Part shown: positions 13,071-24,653 of the stretch, in pieces | Layout of the letters: each line of letters opens with the position of its first letter | How positions within the stretch are numbered: the stretch's first letter is position 1 | Origin: Bispira polyomma | Taxonomy: Eukaryota | DNA: 64,000 nt | Reading direction: 5' to 3' | NCBI GenBank assembly: GCA_965649765.1 | Contig: OZ287753.1 | Coordinates: forward strand, 16,926,001-16,990,000 | The notes under the pieces: model-generated | Told to the model about the DNA's origin: nothing | Databases searched by the model: none | The model's input: only the letters and a program-made list of their open reading frames with translations | Position numbers and translations under genes: made by a program

Positions 13071-13533
13071 GAAAACATGATAGTGACATCCGGTATTAAA
13101 TAAATATATATCAGTATTATATTTGTAGTAGGTATTTACGTCTTACACTGCTGCTGGCAAGATATTTATATCTTTGCCATGATTTTACAAATATTAAATA
13201 TAATCCTGTTTGTATTACAAAAGATATAATAATAAACATTCTAAGCTATTTTATATAACTCAACCCTATAACTATAACGCAAAATAAACCAACAATAAGA
13301 CTTATTTTGTAATTTTGGGCTAGAACATCAAATCTAAGACACTAATTTTTACAGCATAGTATAATTACAAGTCCAGAGACAGACAAAGATCATCAACAAT
13401 AAAAACACAAAAATGACAGAAAATATTGTGTTGGGTAAACAATGTTTAAAAGGTATAATTTGAATTTGATGCAAAAAGATTGGAAACTGGCCTGTATATT
13501 CCCTCTAACACAAAGTGTGTTACGTATCATATC

Positions 13534-15517
13534 TCATATCAACTTTATTGAGAGTAGAATCTTTTTGACATTTTTATTCAGGACACTAAAGTATCGCAAC
13601 ATAGTGTCATCAGGAGTAAGTCCTTTTTTGTATTCTTCACACTTCTTTCTAAAGCTACACTTTCTGTAATGGTGGCTTCGTGCAATTTCTGGAGACACAG
13701 CCTTGTTACTGGTTCTTTGGAAACACTTCAGGCAGTGGTGATTAAAGGCAACTTCGCAATTCATGGGGTGTATAAATGATTTGGGATTGAACATTGCAGG
13801 GCTGGTAGCATGCCTTAATCTGTGGCTGATTTTCGGTAGGTAGTCTGGTTTGGTGTCTACTGGTGGAACATCTATGAAGAAATAGACATTAGGAAATATG
13901 TAGGATGCCCAAGTATCTCTTTGGCTGTACTTTGCATTCAATTGCTTTATCAATTCATAATAGCTGATATGGTGCCTTGGTACAATTACCTCATCATAGT
14001 CAACAATAATGACTTGTTTGTATGTATACATATTGGTGTAGAAACAGTGATTCAGAGATGGTATACTATTGAAAAGAGCAGACAGTCGGTCAGTGTGAGG
14101 AATCACTGGCTTCATCTGATGCACTAAAAGCTCTCCAGTTGACTGATAATGATCAAGCACTGCCCATGTATTGCTGTCCAGCGAAGCATTGTAGATGTTA
14201 AACTGTTTTACTCCGAGAATTTTATGAATTTCAAACCACTCCACCAAGAATGTCAAATTCATCTTACCAAAACTAACAGCAACACAGACACCAAAGTCAA
14301 TTTTGGAGGCTGGTTTCTCTGGTATAATGACTTTTGTTATCACCTCAGGCTGTTCACATTTTTTAGTCACCACAGATACTTGGTCCGGGACATGACCTGC
14401 TGTAGGGAGTTGGCAGGAGAACACATACTCTTCGAACCAACCCTTTGACTTAACATAGTTATACATAACCTTGGGAATGGTTCTCTTCCAGCCAGTCATT
14501 TTGGTGTGTTTAGCCAGGATGACATAAGGATTGCCAGTGCCATTGAACCAAATATGACAGTATACCGTCTTCACTTTGTCCAGGTCGCTGACAGCTAGCA
14601 ACTTTAGAGAGGGTAACCCACCATTGGGACGGTCATCATAGAATGCAGAGTGAAGAAAGATGGTAACATCCTTCCTGGAGTAGAAGTGCCACTCGGGGGA
14701 AGGACCATAAGTGGATATTTCTGGTTTATGTATATCATTACACACATGGCTAGGGATTGAAGAGCAATCGGTTTTATTTTTGATGTGTGTACTGGTTGAG
14801 CTGTCGGAGTTAGTACGTCTACTGTGCACTTGATAGAGGGCGCTGTTATTATTTACATTTAAGGTTTGTGATGTATTTAGAGTTGTGGTTGTTTTGTAGA
14901 TATTCTTCAGATACTGTTGCCCAGTAGTCCAACCACCAAAGTACTTTTGTGACAACCAGTCACAGCCTTTTCCAATGGGGATGTATCCTTAAAGAAATAT
15001 CATAGATTTTATATGCAATTAAAATCCAGCACTTTTATTAGTACAACATATACAATAAATACATCAATGGGATATGAAGAGGCAATACAATGTTATTAAT
15101 GTTGAAGGATGTGTCTTTTTATGTCAGACTAAACATTATCAAAAAATCCAGATAAGGAATATCTTAGAATAGGAAACGCACTTTTAACTTTATAACTAAC
15201 AGTGAAAGTGATATAAACTGAAGCATATCTCAAATATTCAAAAGTTTAAGTTCAAACCAATAATTAATACTATTGTACAAAGCTTTCAAAAGATTTAGAA
15301 AAAAAACATCAATTAAGACGATATTAAAGGTTAGCATGAAATTATTAAATATCACATTGATAAAAGTACCTTTTAAGGACATTTTTGTTGACTCATTGAG
15401 ATAAAATCCTGTGCAAATGAGAAGAAATAAGCTGATGATTCCTAGGATACAAGCCAGTTTTGTTTTTGTTCTGAAATCGTTGAAGTATACACTACATAAA
15501 CATCTCACAGACAGCAT
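13534..15517 (-). CDS. Glycosyltransferase family 92 (DUF23) type II membrane protein; exons 15517-15370 and 14987-13534, 533 aa
   Basis: Exon 1 ATG plus TM helix (LACILGIISLFLLIC), GT/AG phase-1 intron joins in frame; SAFYDDR, FGVCV, LVEWFEIHKILGV, LNHCFY, DYDE (DxD), PKSFIHP, HHYR motifs. Confidence 0.9.
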
Positions 15518-16299
15518 AAAAAACCAGTTCAACTAATTCAATTGATCGGAATAAATATAGCACTCTAGTTAACATAGAAAATTAATGTAATATTATTATA
15601 TGTTTTGTAGTAAAATTACAAAACAATGTTCAATACAACTTTTACCACTATGATACTATTATTTAAAGAAAAAATAGACAATTCCTGAATTAATACTTAG
15701 TATACTTTCATTACACTATAAAACTGAAATATAATAGAACAGGCAGAAATTAGATTATTTAAAATATATTGTATCTATAAGTGTCAAAAATTTCTTCTTA
15801 ATTTTTTTTAAAGGGAGTATTTAAAGTATACATACCTTAGAAACATATTTCAGCAATATATCCTTCACTTGATTCTTTAAAATAACTTGTAACGGCTAAC
15901 AGAAATTTATGAAAAGCAACCCCATGAAAAATGTCTCTATGTTTTTGTTGTGTCACTTCAACTGGGACTGTGTGAAATACCTCAGGAAATGATATCCTTT
16001 TGATGGCCAGCTGTTGCATGAAATAATGCACTGACTACACCACACCCCTTCCAGAAAAAAAGTAACCTTAAGTCATGAAAGGCTGTTTGTGACAAATCTT
16101 TGAATTATATTTAAAGCCAAAGCTATGAAAAGTAAAGTAGTTGATAGAGAGATGTCAGCACAGGTTTCTTATTTGACAGAAATGTAGGTAAGACTGTGAA
16201 ATACTTTTGTAAGGGGTGACTGGCTGGAATAATGAAAGCCCCCTCCCCGTTAAAATAATTACATATAAAATGTATCAGGTAATGATTCTGTTTGTCTTA

Positions 16300-16755
16300 A
16301 AGCCCGGTCACACCTTCATGTACTGTAGCTATGATCCCTGGTGCGTTCGTTCCGTGACGTTACTTAACGTCTCCATTTGGTCAGCTGCCACAATTATTTC
16401 AAACTGTTTGAAATAATCGTGACAGAGCTCTCCGTTTCTCAAAGATATCTTCACTCGTCTTCGTTGGTCGAGAAACGTTTCACTAAGTAGCGGAAGGCAA
16501 CAGAATGTACCAGTAAGTAGCAGTACAGTATATCTATGTGGTAGTAGGTAGTCATATCCTACCAGTAAAGTCTTTGTGTTTTTTGCCCCCGCTCTGTGTA
16601 TGAAAGTACCAAAATCGCCACGAAACATCACAAAACGTCACAATCGACTGCACCTTTATCAAAATGATGTCACTTTGACACAAACCTAACACATTTTCAG
16701 GTATATTGCTTAGCTATGTTGGGTTAGGATGCCACGTGTTGGTGTGACTGGGCTA
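16300..16755. mobile_element. Harbinger-type MITE
   Basis: TIR AGCCCGGTCACACC / GGTGTGACTGGGCT (13/14 match), flanked by TTA...TTA TSD. Confidence 0.8.
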
Positions 16756-17329
16756 TTACCTCAGCTTTGGAGTAGTACAAAATATCAAAAACCAGTGATA
16801 ATAATTACACATAAGGAAAAGTCTGAGTTTGTAAACCAAAGAATTACTTGATTCTTCTTGTGTGTAGCCTTACTGTGTAAAAGTAAGTGTTGCTGGAAAG
16901 GGAGAGGGCTGTGTACTGATAGAGGAGATGGGGGAATGCCTAAATAAAATGCTGACCTGGCCTTTGATGAATTTATTATTCTTCTTGGGAAGTCTGTACA
17001 TGTCGAAGTCACTGCATAACAAAAGGCATGGCTCATCAGTCGCTAAAGATATCACCTTTACGGTAATTTGTTGACAAGCATTTGTTGTTATTGTCGCCAA
17101 GCATAATTATACAGAGGCAAGGGTATTTTGCCCCTTTTTTTAAAAAGCTTCGAAATTGAACAAGAAGGAAGCACAAAGCTTTTAATTTGGACGCCATATT
17201 GGATAATTATACATGGTGATTTTAATAAAGTGGTTTTTAGTTTAATGCGTTTAGTTCCTATTTATTTTAACATTTAAAAACATTATATATATTCCACTAT
17301 ATTGTGCACTGAGTTGTGTTATAAAGTCG

Positions 17330-18560
17330 GTAGAACAAAGAAGACGAAAGGGGACTTACCAGAATGTTCAAAATGTCAGAATAGACATGAAAGACCTGTT
17401 GGAACAAGATGTAACAGGGTTACAGTATTAAACATGTCATTAGCAGAAGAAGCAGATGAAGATCGTCAATCCCCACCTGATGTAACAACTACGGCACAAA
17501 CTGTGAGTACATCTGATAACATGTACCGACAAATCTGGGAGAAGCAACAACAAATGATGGAAACTATTATGGAATCCGTCACTAAACTACAGCAGGATGT
17601 CGCAGTATTGCAACACAAAGAGCCTGTAGTCATTTCCCCAGTGCAGAACAAACATACAGCATTTCCTGTAGTGATGGCAATGCTGAGTAACACAGATGAC
17701 AGTTGTACGCTGCAACAACAACAAGTTGAACGGATCTCACAACCGATTCCGACTCCACATAGACGGACATTAACAGATCACACTCATTCGCTATACCCGT
17801 TGGGGACAATACCAGAACAGGCAGGACAACAACCAGGTATGGCATATCACGCTCCCCGTAGTACAACGGCAAACTTGCTCATACAGTCTTCGTTAACGGA
17901 AGGACCTATAGAAGGTATCAACGACATAGTATCTACACCAGACCTTCTGCGACAGTCAGCAAGAATACAAAATGAGTAACAGCACGCCTACAACAGTATG
18001 AGAATATGACTGCACAGGAACTACTTCAGGGTAAGTCCTTATTAAAGAGAAAATCAGGCAGATATAACGTATCAGATGTGTGCACCGCAGATCCCATTTA
18101 CCGTTGGCCCAACGAAGGGTGTGTATCTGGTATACACAAGAAGCGTGTCTGGTATGAGGACATTTCTATTGCACATTTCACATTGGGTGAAATAGCGAAA
18201 ATCCTAGAAGTACAAAATTCAACAATATCCAGGGGAATGATGAAACAGTTAGGTGATACCTTGCACAATGCAGCTAATATTTTGTTGCCCGTTAACAAGG
18301 GAGCATATGCCACAAATATGCAAAATATAGAGGAGGACAAGCTGACGTGGTTAGACAACACAAAGTGGGTAATGAATAGGCTCTCATACTCCCAGGCATT
18401 AATGTCAACAACAGGTCACAACGCACACACATCTAACTCTTATCAGAGCACACATACCAGCAGTTCACAGTGAACAAAAACACGAATATTGTGTCAACAT
18501 TTTTCAGAAGGATCAGTGTTATCAGACGGCAGACCACGAGAATGCTATGATGATATTCAA
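17330..18560 (+). pseudogene. gag: gag-like ORF1 of YR element 1
   Basis: CSKCQNRHERPVGTRC, KSGR, WPNE motifs parallel CKRC..HPRPVGRNC, KSGL, WPHE in element 2; broken at ~17979 and 18473. Confidence 0.75.
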
Positions 18561-19394
18561 GTTTTTGAAATTAGACAATGATAATTTAATTTTAGGCAAT
18601 GTGAAAAAAAGTAGAGACATAGACAATCAGAGTGACAAAAAAATGGTTAAATAATAGGACAAATACAAATATTTGACAAATGAATGAAATACTGAATGAG
18701 GCCATTATAAGTTACATGAATGAGAACCATGTAAACAGTAGTGAAAATGACATCGTAAAGAAAAGTGACATTCGTTGTACAAATAGTAAGGCTAAAAACA
18801 GAAATAACGAGATAAAGTTGAAATAGGAGATGATATCACTGATGTAAATAGTAGAAGTGATGTATATAATATGAACAACAACAGAATAAGTACGAAAAGG
18901 TGTGAACATAAAGACAATAGTCTTGTCACGCAGGTGTTAGAGAGTAAAAACGAAAGGTGTGAAATAAGTATAAATGAGAAAAAGTGTGAACAAGTACATG
19001 TGTTAGGAAATCAGAACAAAAAGTGAACTAAGGACAAACACTGATTGTGTTAGGGACAATGTATGGCTAGGATAAAATAGTGTTCATCATAGTGACAATA
19101 ATGACATGACATTGGTGGATGTGTATATACAAAGTTATGGTGGTGTCAATGGGAAACCAAGTGTTTTTTACATAGTTAGCAGAGAAAGACCTGATATGTC
19201 AGGGGTATATTGTGAAACATATGTAAACAATGTGTTTATACTTGAAAAGGCCAGATATCAACTAAGCAATACATGGCCTGTTGTATATTATATGTCTACA
19301 CATATGAATGTAATAAACAAGGTCACACTGATAAAGGCCAAAAACAAAACACACACACAAAACAAAACAATAACAAACAGCATGAACATTTTAA

Positions 19395-19633
19395 AAACTC
19401 ATACAAGAACAAAAATGAGTAACGGTAGCTATTATGTGAACATAATAGACAAATTATGTCAGAACATTGATAACATACCAAAGAAACAAAAGATACATCT
19501 AGAACAGACACACTTCAAAAACTCATACAAGAACAAAAATGAGTAACAGTAGCTATTATGTGAACATAATAGACAAATTATGTCAGAACATTGATAACAT
19601 ACCAAAGAAACAAAAGATACATCCAGAACAGAC
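19395..19633 (+). repeat. ~124-bp tandem duplication inside YR element 1
   Basis: AAAACTCATACAAGAACAAAAATGAGTAAC...AGAACAGAC occurs twice, near identical. Confidence 0.9.
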
Positions 19634-19999
19634 GCACAAACTTGACACACAATTTGAAAAAAACACACAGTTAACATGTCAGAGCAAGAAAATAGAAATA
19701 GAAACAAAAGTCAGAGAAAGACTAGGCAATATAGGAACACAAAATAGCACAGTACAACAAAATGACAAAGAAGAAATTCACATGTCAGCAACATTGACAA
19801 TTTTATTGAATGAAATCACAAACAAAACATACAAATTAACAAATGAAAATAAAATACAGAACAATACACAAACAGAAACAAAAGGACTGGTGACAGAGTA
19901 TAAGGTTTCATTACACAAGATAACCTAAGTTATTCATTCAATGGACCTGACAGGCAACCAGTAGACATAAATACATATAGTAAGTTAAAACAGGTAAGT

Positions 20000-21517
20000 G
20001 ACATAATAAGGAACACAGGAGTAGAAAATTATAAAGCAGCAAGAATTCCTGTGAGGTCAGGTTTAATTATGGACAATTGGAAAAATTTTTGAAAGACTAT
20101 GACGACCAACTACTGATTTGATATCTGGAATTTGGTTTTCCCATACATCCAAAAACATTATTAATCATTACTCTGCAACAGCACACCCTGAGTACATAGA
20201 TAAATACTTCAATACAGAAATAGGAAAAGACACAATAATAGGACCAATTGACGGAGACATACACACAGAATTTCATTGCTCACCAAAGTTAACAAGATCA
20301 AAGGACAATAACCAGAGGCGATTGATTCTAAACTTATCCCATCCTATAGGTTCCTCACTAAATGACTGTACCCACAAAGAGGCAAATGATAAAATCAATT
20401 TTCAATTGAGACTACCGACGACAAACCAAATAGTTGACCATATAGAACAAATAGGGGACTCAACACTCTTAGAAAAGGGGGACATAGCCCACGCATTCAG
20501 GAATTTGAAAGTTGATCCGTATAACAACTTAAAACTAGGACACTAGTGGAACGATAAGTACTCTATTGATCAGAGCTGGAATTTTATCCTGACACACGGA
20601 ACAGCAGTATTCATGCGAGTCTCAGACGCAATAACATATATAATGGACAAGAATGGTTTCAAAGTGTTCAACTATATCAATGATTTTATCATTTGTGATA
20701 CACAGGATAAGGCCCACTTAGCGTTTGAACTTTTACAAAAAATACTAAAAGACGTTGGTTTACCGATAAACCAGAAAAAACTAGTTTCACCGGCAAAACG
20801 AGTCACATGCATGGGCATTACAATTGATATTATTGACAACACGTTAAGTATCGATGATGACAAGCTGAAATCAATATATGAAATTTATGTGTCGTTTAAA
20901 CATCTCAAGAAAGTAACAAAGCATAAATACCAGTCAGTACTGCAAAAACTGCTATAGATACAACGCTGTATGAAATCATCTTGAGTATTTATGAATTGCA
21001 TGTTGAAAGTATTGAGAGATCATGCAAATCAAAAAACGATATATTTGACCGATGAGTTCAAGAAAGACTTAATCTGGTTTCTGCAATTTCTGATTCAATT
21101 CAACGGGACAATGAGTTATAAAGCAAAAGACAGAAACGCAGAAATTTTATTACACGTTGATGCATGCCTAGAAAGCATTGGAGATATTGCAGATAAACAC
21201 GTGTTCACTGCTCCCCTCCCACACTGGATATAACAAGATCTCTCCATTGTGCACTGCGAAATGATCAGTATACTTGTCACATTTAAATTATGAGCACATA
21301 AATGGACAGATAAATAAGTAAAAAAAAAATCAGACTATGCAGCTGTTGTCTCTGTAATTCAGTCATATTTTAGGAAAAAAAGAGCATTTTTGCTGATACA
21401 TTATCAAGGTGGCATGATTTAGGGAGTTATACAGAACAGATAAAAACACTGATAGAAAAACAGTTTAATATAGAAAAAGTACCTATTGAAATGTTTATTC
21501 TAAATGATAACATATAA
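20000..21517 (+). pseudogene. pol: RT/RNase H of YR element 1
   Basis: NYKAARIPV, RRLILNLSHP, DIAHAFRNL, FNYINDF (YIDD degraded), HVDACL; many stops. Confidence 0.88.
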
Positions 21518-21523
21518 TTTCAG

Positions 21524-22706
21524 GTACACCCAGGAAATTACAGCCACTACTATATAAAGCCATAAAAAGACGAATAGACAATATGACAGCCGGGGCAGCG
21601 GTGGCCTAGTGGTTAGCAAGCATTGCGCTTCACAATCACTGGTCTCTCACCTCTGGGCGGTGTGAGTTCGAATCCCATCGATGCCTATGTGGAATAGGTG
21701 GTAAATCCTTACTGTGGGCTGCTGGTTTCAGTGCAGAACCTTGATCAACTGTATGCAGTGTTTTCTCCAGTGTGTCCAACTACCCGTCCCAATATAACCT
21801 AAACAGGTACTAGAGTGAACACTAAATATCCAAATTAAAAGAAAAATAAGATGACAGCCACATGAGACTTAACATGGCATTTATAGTTTATCACAAGATT
21901 CAGCATGCATTTAATTTTTGTACAGGTCTAGGTTTTTTAGAATACTTACAACAGAATGGTATATCATACAAGGTCATCAACAATTATTTGGCCTTAATCA
22001 GATATCATGCAAAACATCTGAATATCACAGACTCTCAGCTTTATGACCCCAGAATAACGTTGTATCTGAGATCGTAAGTACTGAATAGTACTTTTAAACC
22101 TACACCAAAAGGATTTTTTGACAACCAACAACACACAATTTCTAGAACTGTACAGGACTGCATTCCTGTTTGCATGTTTCGGGTTTCTCAGGATATCAAA
22201 TTTCACACCTCAGTCACTCACCAGTTTTGACCCAGCAAGACACATTACAAGGTCAGATGTCATATTCGAAAAGCCAGAAATACACCTGATCTTAAAGTGG
22301 TTGAAAACAAATCAAAATAGGACCGAACATGACGTAATACAGTTACCTACCCCGAGAAATCCCTGGCTCTGCCCTGTAACAGCAGCAAAAACTCTAATGA
22401 GAAAATACATTACAAGGTCATGCACCATTACTGGCAAATCCACAAAATGCAGGTTAATGTGTTACAGACACACATCATAGAACAGTGTTAAGGACAATAT
22501 TGACAAGAAGTAATATACCTCACACAGGTCACTCATTTCATTGTCAGGTCAGGGACATCCCTGGCCTTCAACAGCAATGTAAACCTTCAGAACATCCAGA
22601 AGCACTGATGTTGGATGTCGAATGCTGTTTGGACATATTTACAGCATCAATAATTCCTGACACTTTTCCTGAAACTTTTGCTGATCTTATCCCCCTTTCT
22701 TTCTAA
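21524..22706 (+). pseudogene. Tyrosine recombinase of YR element 1, interrupted by a SINE
   Basis: ACFGFLRISNF, LKWLKTNQ, LCPVTA, GHSF; homologous to 27386-28377. Confidence 0.85.
21592..21850 (+). mobile_element. tRNA-derived SINE family 1 with 9-bp TSD, inserted in YR ORF
   Basis: A box TGGCCTAGTGG, B box GTTCGAATCCC, A-rich tail, TSD ATGACAGCC. Confidence 0.92.
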
Positions 22707-23532
22707 ATTTTGGCTTTTGGCATTTTAAAAATTTTAAATAGTAAGATATTTCTGTATAGATGTACAAAATTTGTAAATCTGTAAATAAATATGATTCCAA
22801 ACAGCATCTGCATGTTTCATATGAGTACATATCATACACTTCACGTATACGGCAACATTATAGTTTTAGAAACTGTCGAAGTCACTGCATAACAAAAGGC
22901 ATGGCCCATCAGTCGCTAATGATATCACCTTTATGGTAATTTGTTGACAAGCATTTGTTGTTATTGTTGCCAAGCATAATTATACAGGGGCAAGGGTTTT
23001 GCCGCTCTTTTCATAATTAGCTTCGAACTGAACAAGAAGGAAGCACAAAACTTTTAATTTTCACACCCACCTCTCAAATGCAAAGAATTCAGAACAAACT
23101 ATTGAAATTATCAAAACTAGACAACTGGAACACTCATGGACCACTACTATGAAGTTTGAACCCGGATCCGTGTGGTGCTGGTCCTCGGCTTGCAACTACC
23201 CCCTGGTGTGTGGGTGGTCTTGACCACGGGTCAGTTGATACCAAGAATTAGAGGTGTCTGTCCTTATAGTACACTGAGTTGCACTGGCCTTTTTAGTGAC
23301 ATTGAAAAAGTATTTAATATGGTTAACAAGGTGTGTAGAATGCAGGCATGTGGCAGTTTATGATAGGTTAAAAGTGGGGTGATGTGGGATGATAACATGT
23401 GGCAGCTTGTGATTGGCTAGCAGGGGTGGGTTGTCTTTATGTACAAATCTCCACCTGGCATAGTCAGTGTGGAGTTTGGCTACCTGGCAGAAAGACTTGT
23501 TATAAAAAATTATCTAGAACTGTTAGAAAAGC

Positions 23533-24653
23533 ATGGCTTTTTTCTGCAAGCGTTGTGATTTAATGGGTAATCCATCATTACATCCTCGACCTGTAGGCAG
23601 GAACTGTAGAATTAACGTGTCTGCTCCAGAACTCGACGTTGAAATCAGCCAGCCTCAAGATGTTTCACTTCAGGGTGCCGTCGGGGGAGTGGCTGGAGTT
23701 GACGTGGCTGCTACCACACAAGGTGATGCTTTACTAGTAATTTTGCAAAAAATACAAGCGCTAGAAGAGAATAGTAAAAGACTTGAGACTAAAATTGACA
23801 ATAGAGTAGATACTTCTGTAGGCGCTATGCCGCACAGTTCCCCAAAACGCTCACATCAATGTTCTCACGGGTGTCGGGTAAAGAAGAGTAGAAAAGTTTC
23901 TGAAATTTCTGTGGTTGACGAGGACAGTGTTATGCCAGACGCCCAGTTCTTGCGAGAAAATGATTTTATACAGGGACAAGTGCAGCAGCAATTGCTTAAA
24001 CTACAAGGCAAGCAGCGTGATACAGGTATGGTTAAATCCAAATCTGGGTTATTACGTGTCAATGAAACTAAACGCAAAGTTGAGGTGGCTTGGCCACATG
24101 AGTACTGCTATGCCGGTATGAGCGGAAAGAATCCACAGTACGAGGAATTGAGTCCGTTCCAGTTTTTGGTTGGTTATATTGGGTGTATTCAGGAAGAACT
24201 CAAAATAGAGATAATATGCTTGAGCATTTGCGGTTGCTTATGCAAGACGCCATTGAAACAAATTGGGCTACTGTCAAACGAGCACACAGTATAGTTTTAC
24301 AAACAATGGAGCGCGGTAAATGTTCTTGGGAACAATTTGAGGCTGTAGATAAGATTCGAATGTGCTGTACACAAAGAACCTTTCAAAGCAATGGAAATCA
24401 GCAATGGGGAAAATATTCCTCTCAAGCTAGTCATAGTAATTCAAATGCTCAGCACTCGAGAAAAGAAGTCATATGTGTTAAATATAACAATAACACGTGT
24501 TCACATCAGGCTGATCACATTGAGGGAAGCGTGTATGCCAAGCATGCATGTGCATATTGTTTTCAGATCACACGAAAGTACAATTCACATAGGCAATACG
24601 AGTGCAAAAAGTTGATAAAAAACGGCGAAAAGAAAGACACAGCCAGTGTCTAG
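23533..24653 (+). CDS. gag: Gag-like ORF1 (one frameshift near 24200)
   Basis: N-terminal CxxC..H..C motif, coiled coil, C-terminal Cys/His cluster CVKYNNNTCSH...HACAYC...H...C. Confidence 0.8.

Larger units (their letters stand above)
8130..16950. repeat. Segmental duplication copy A (continues at 29710-30540); paralogous to ~52925-60826
   Basis: Colinear exons, introns, SINEs and Harbinger relic are shared by both copies. Confidence 0.95.
17001..23060 (+). mobile_element. Tyrosine-recombinase retrotransposon 1 (DIRS/Ngaro-like), decayed
   Basis: Direct repeats 17001-17188 and 22874-23060; gag, RT/RNaseH and YR fragments in order. Confidence 0.9.

Noticed and set aside
13921-14448. Plus-strand ORFs overlapping GT92 (and similar shadows over pol ORFs)
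   Set aside because: Antisense or alternate-frame shadows with no recognisable motifs
18560-19990. Asn/Lys/Thr-rich ORFs as separate genes
   Set aside because: A-rich decayed pol N-terminal linker of YR element 1, equivalent to 24602-25700 in element 2
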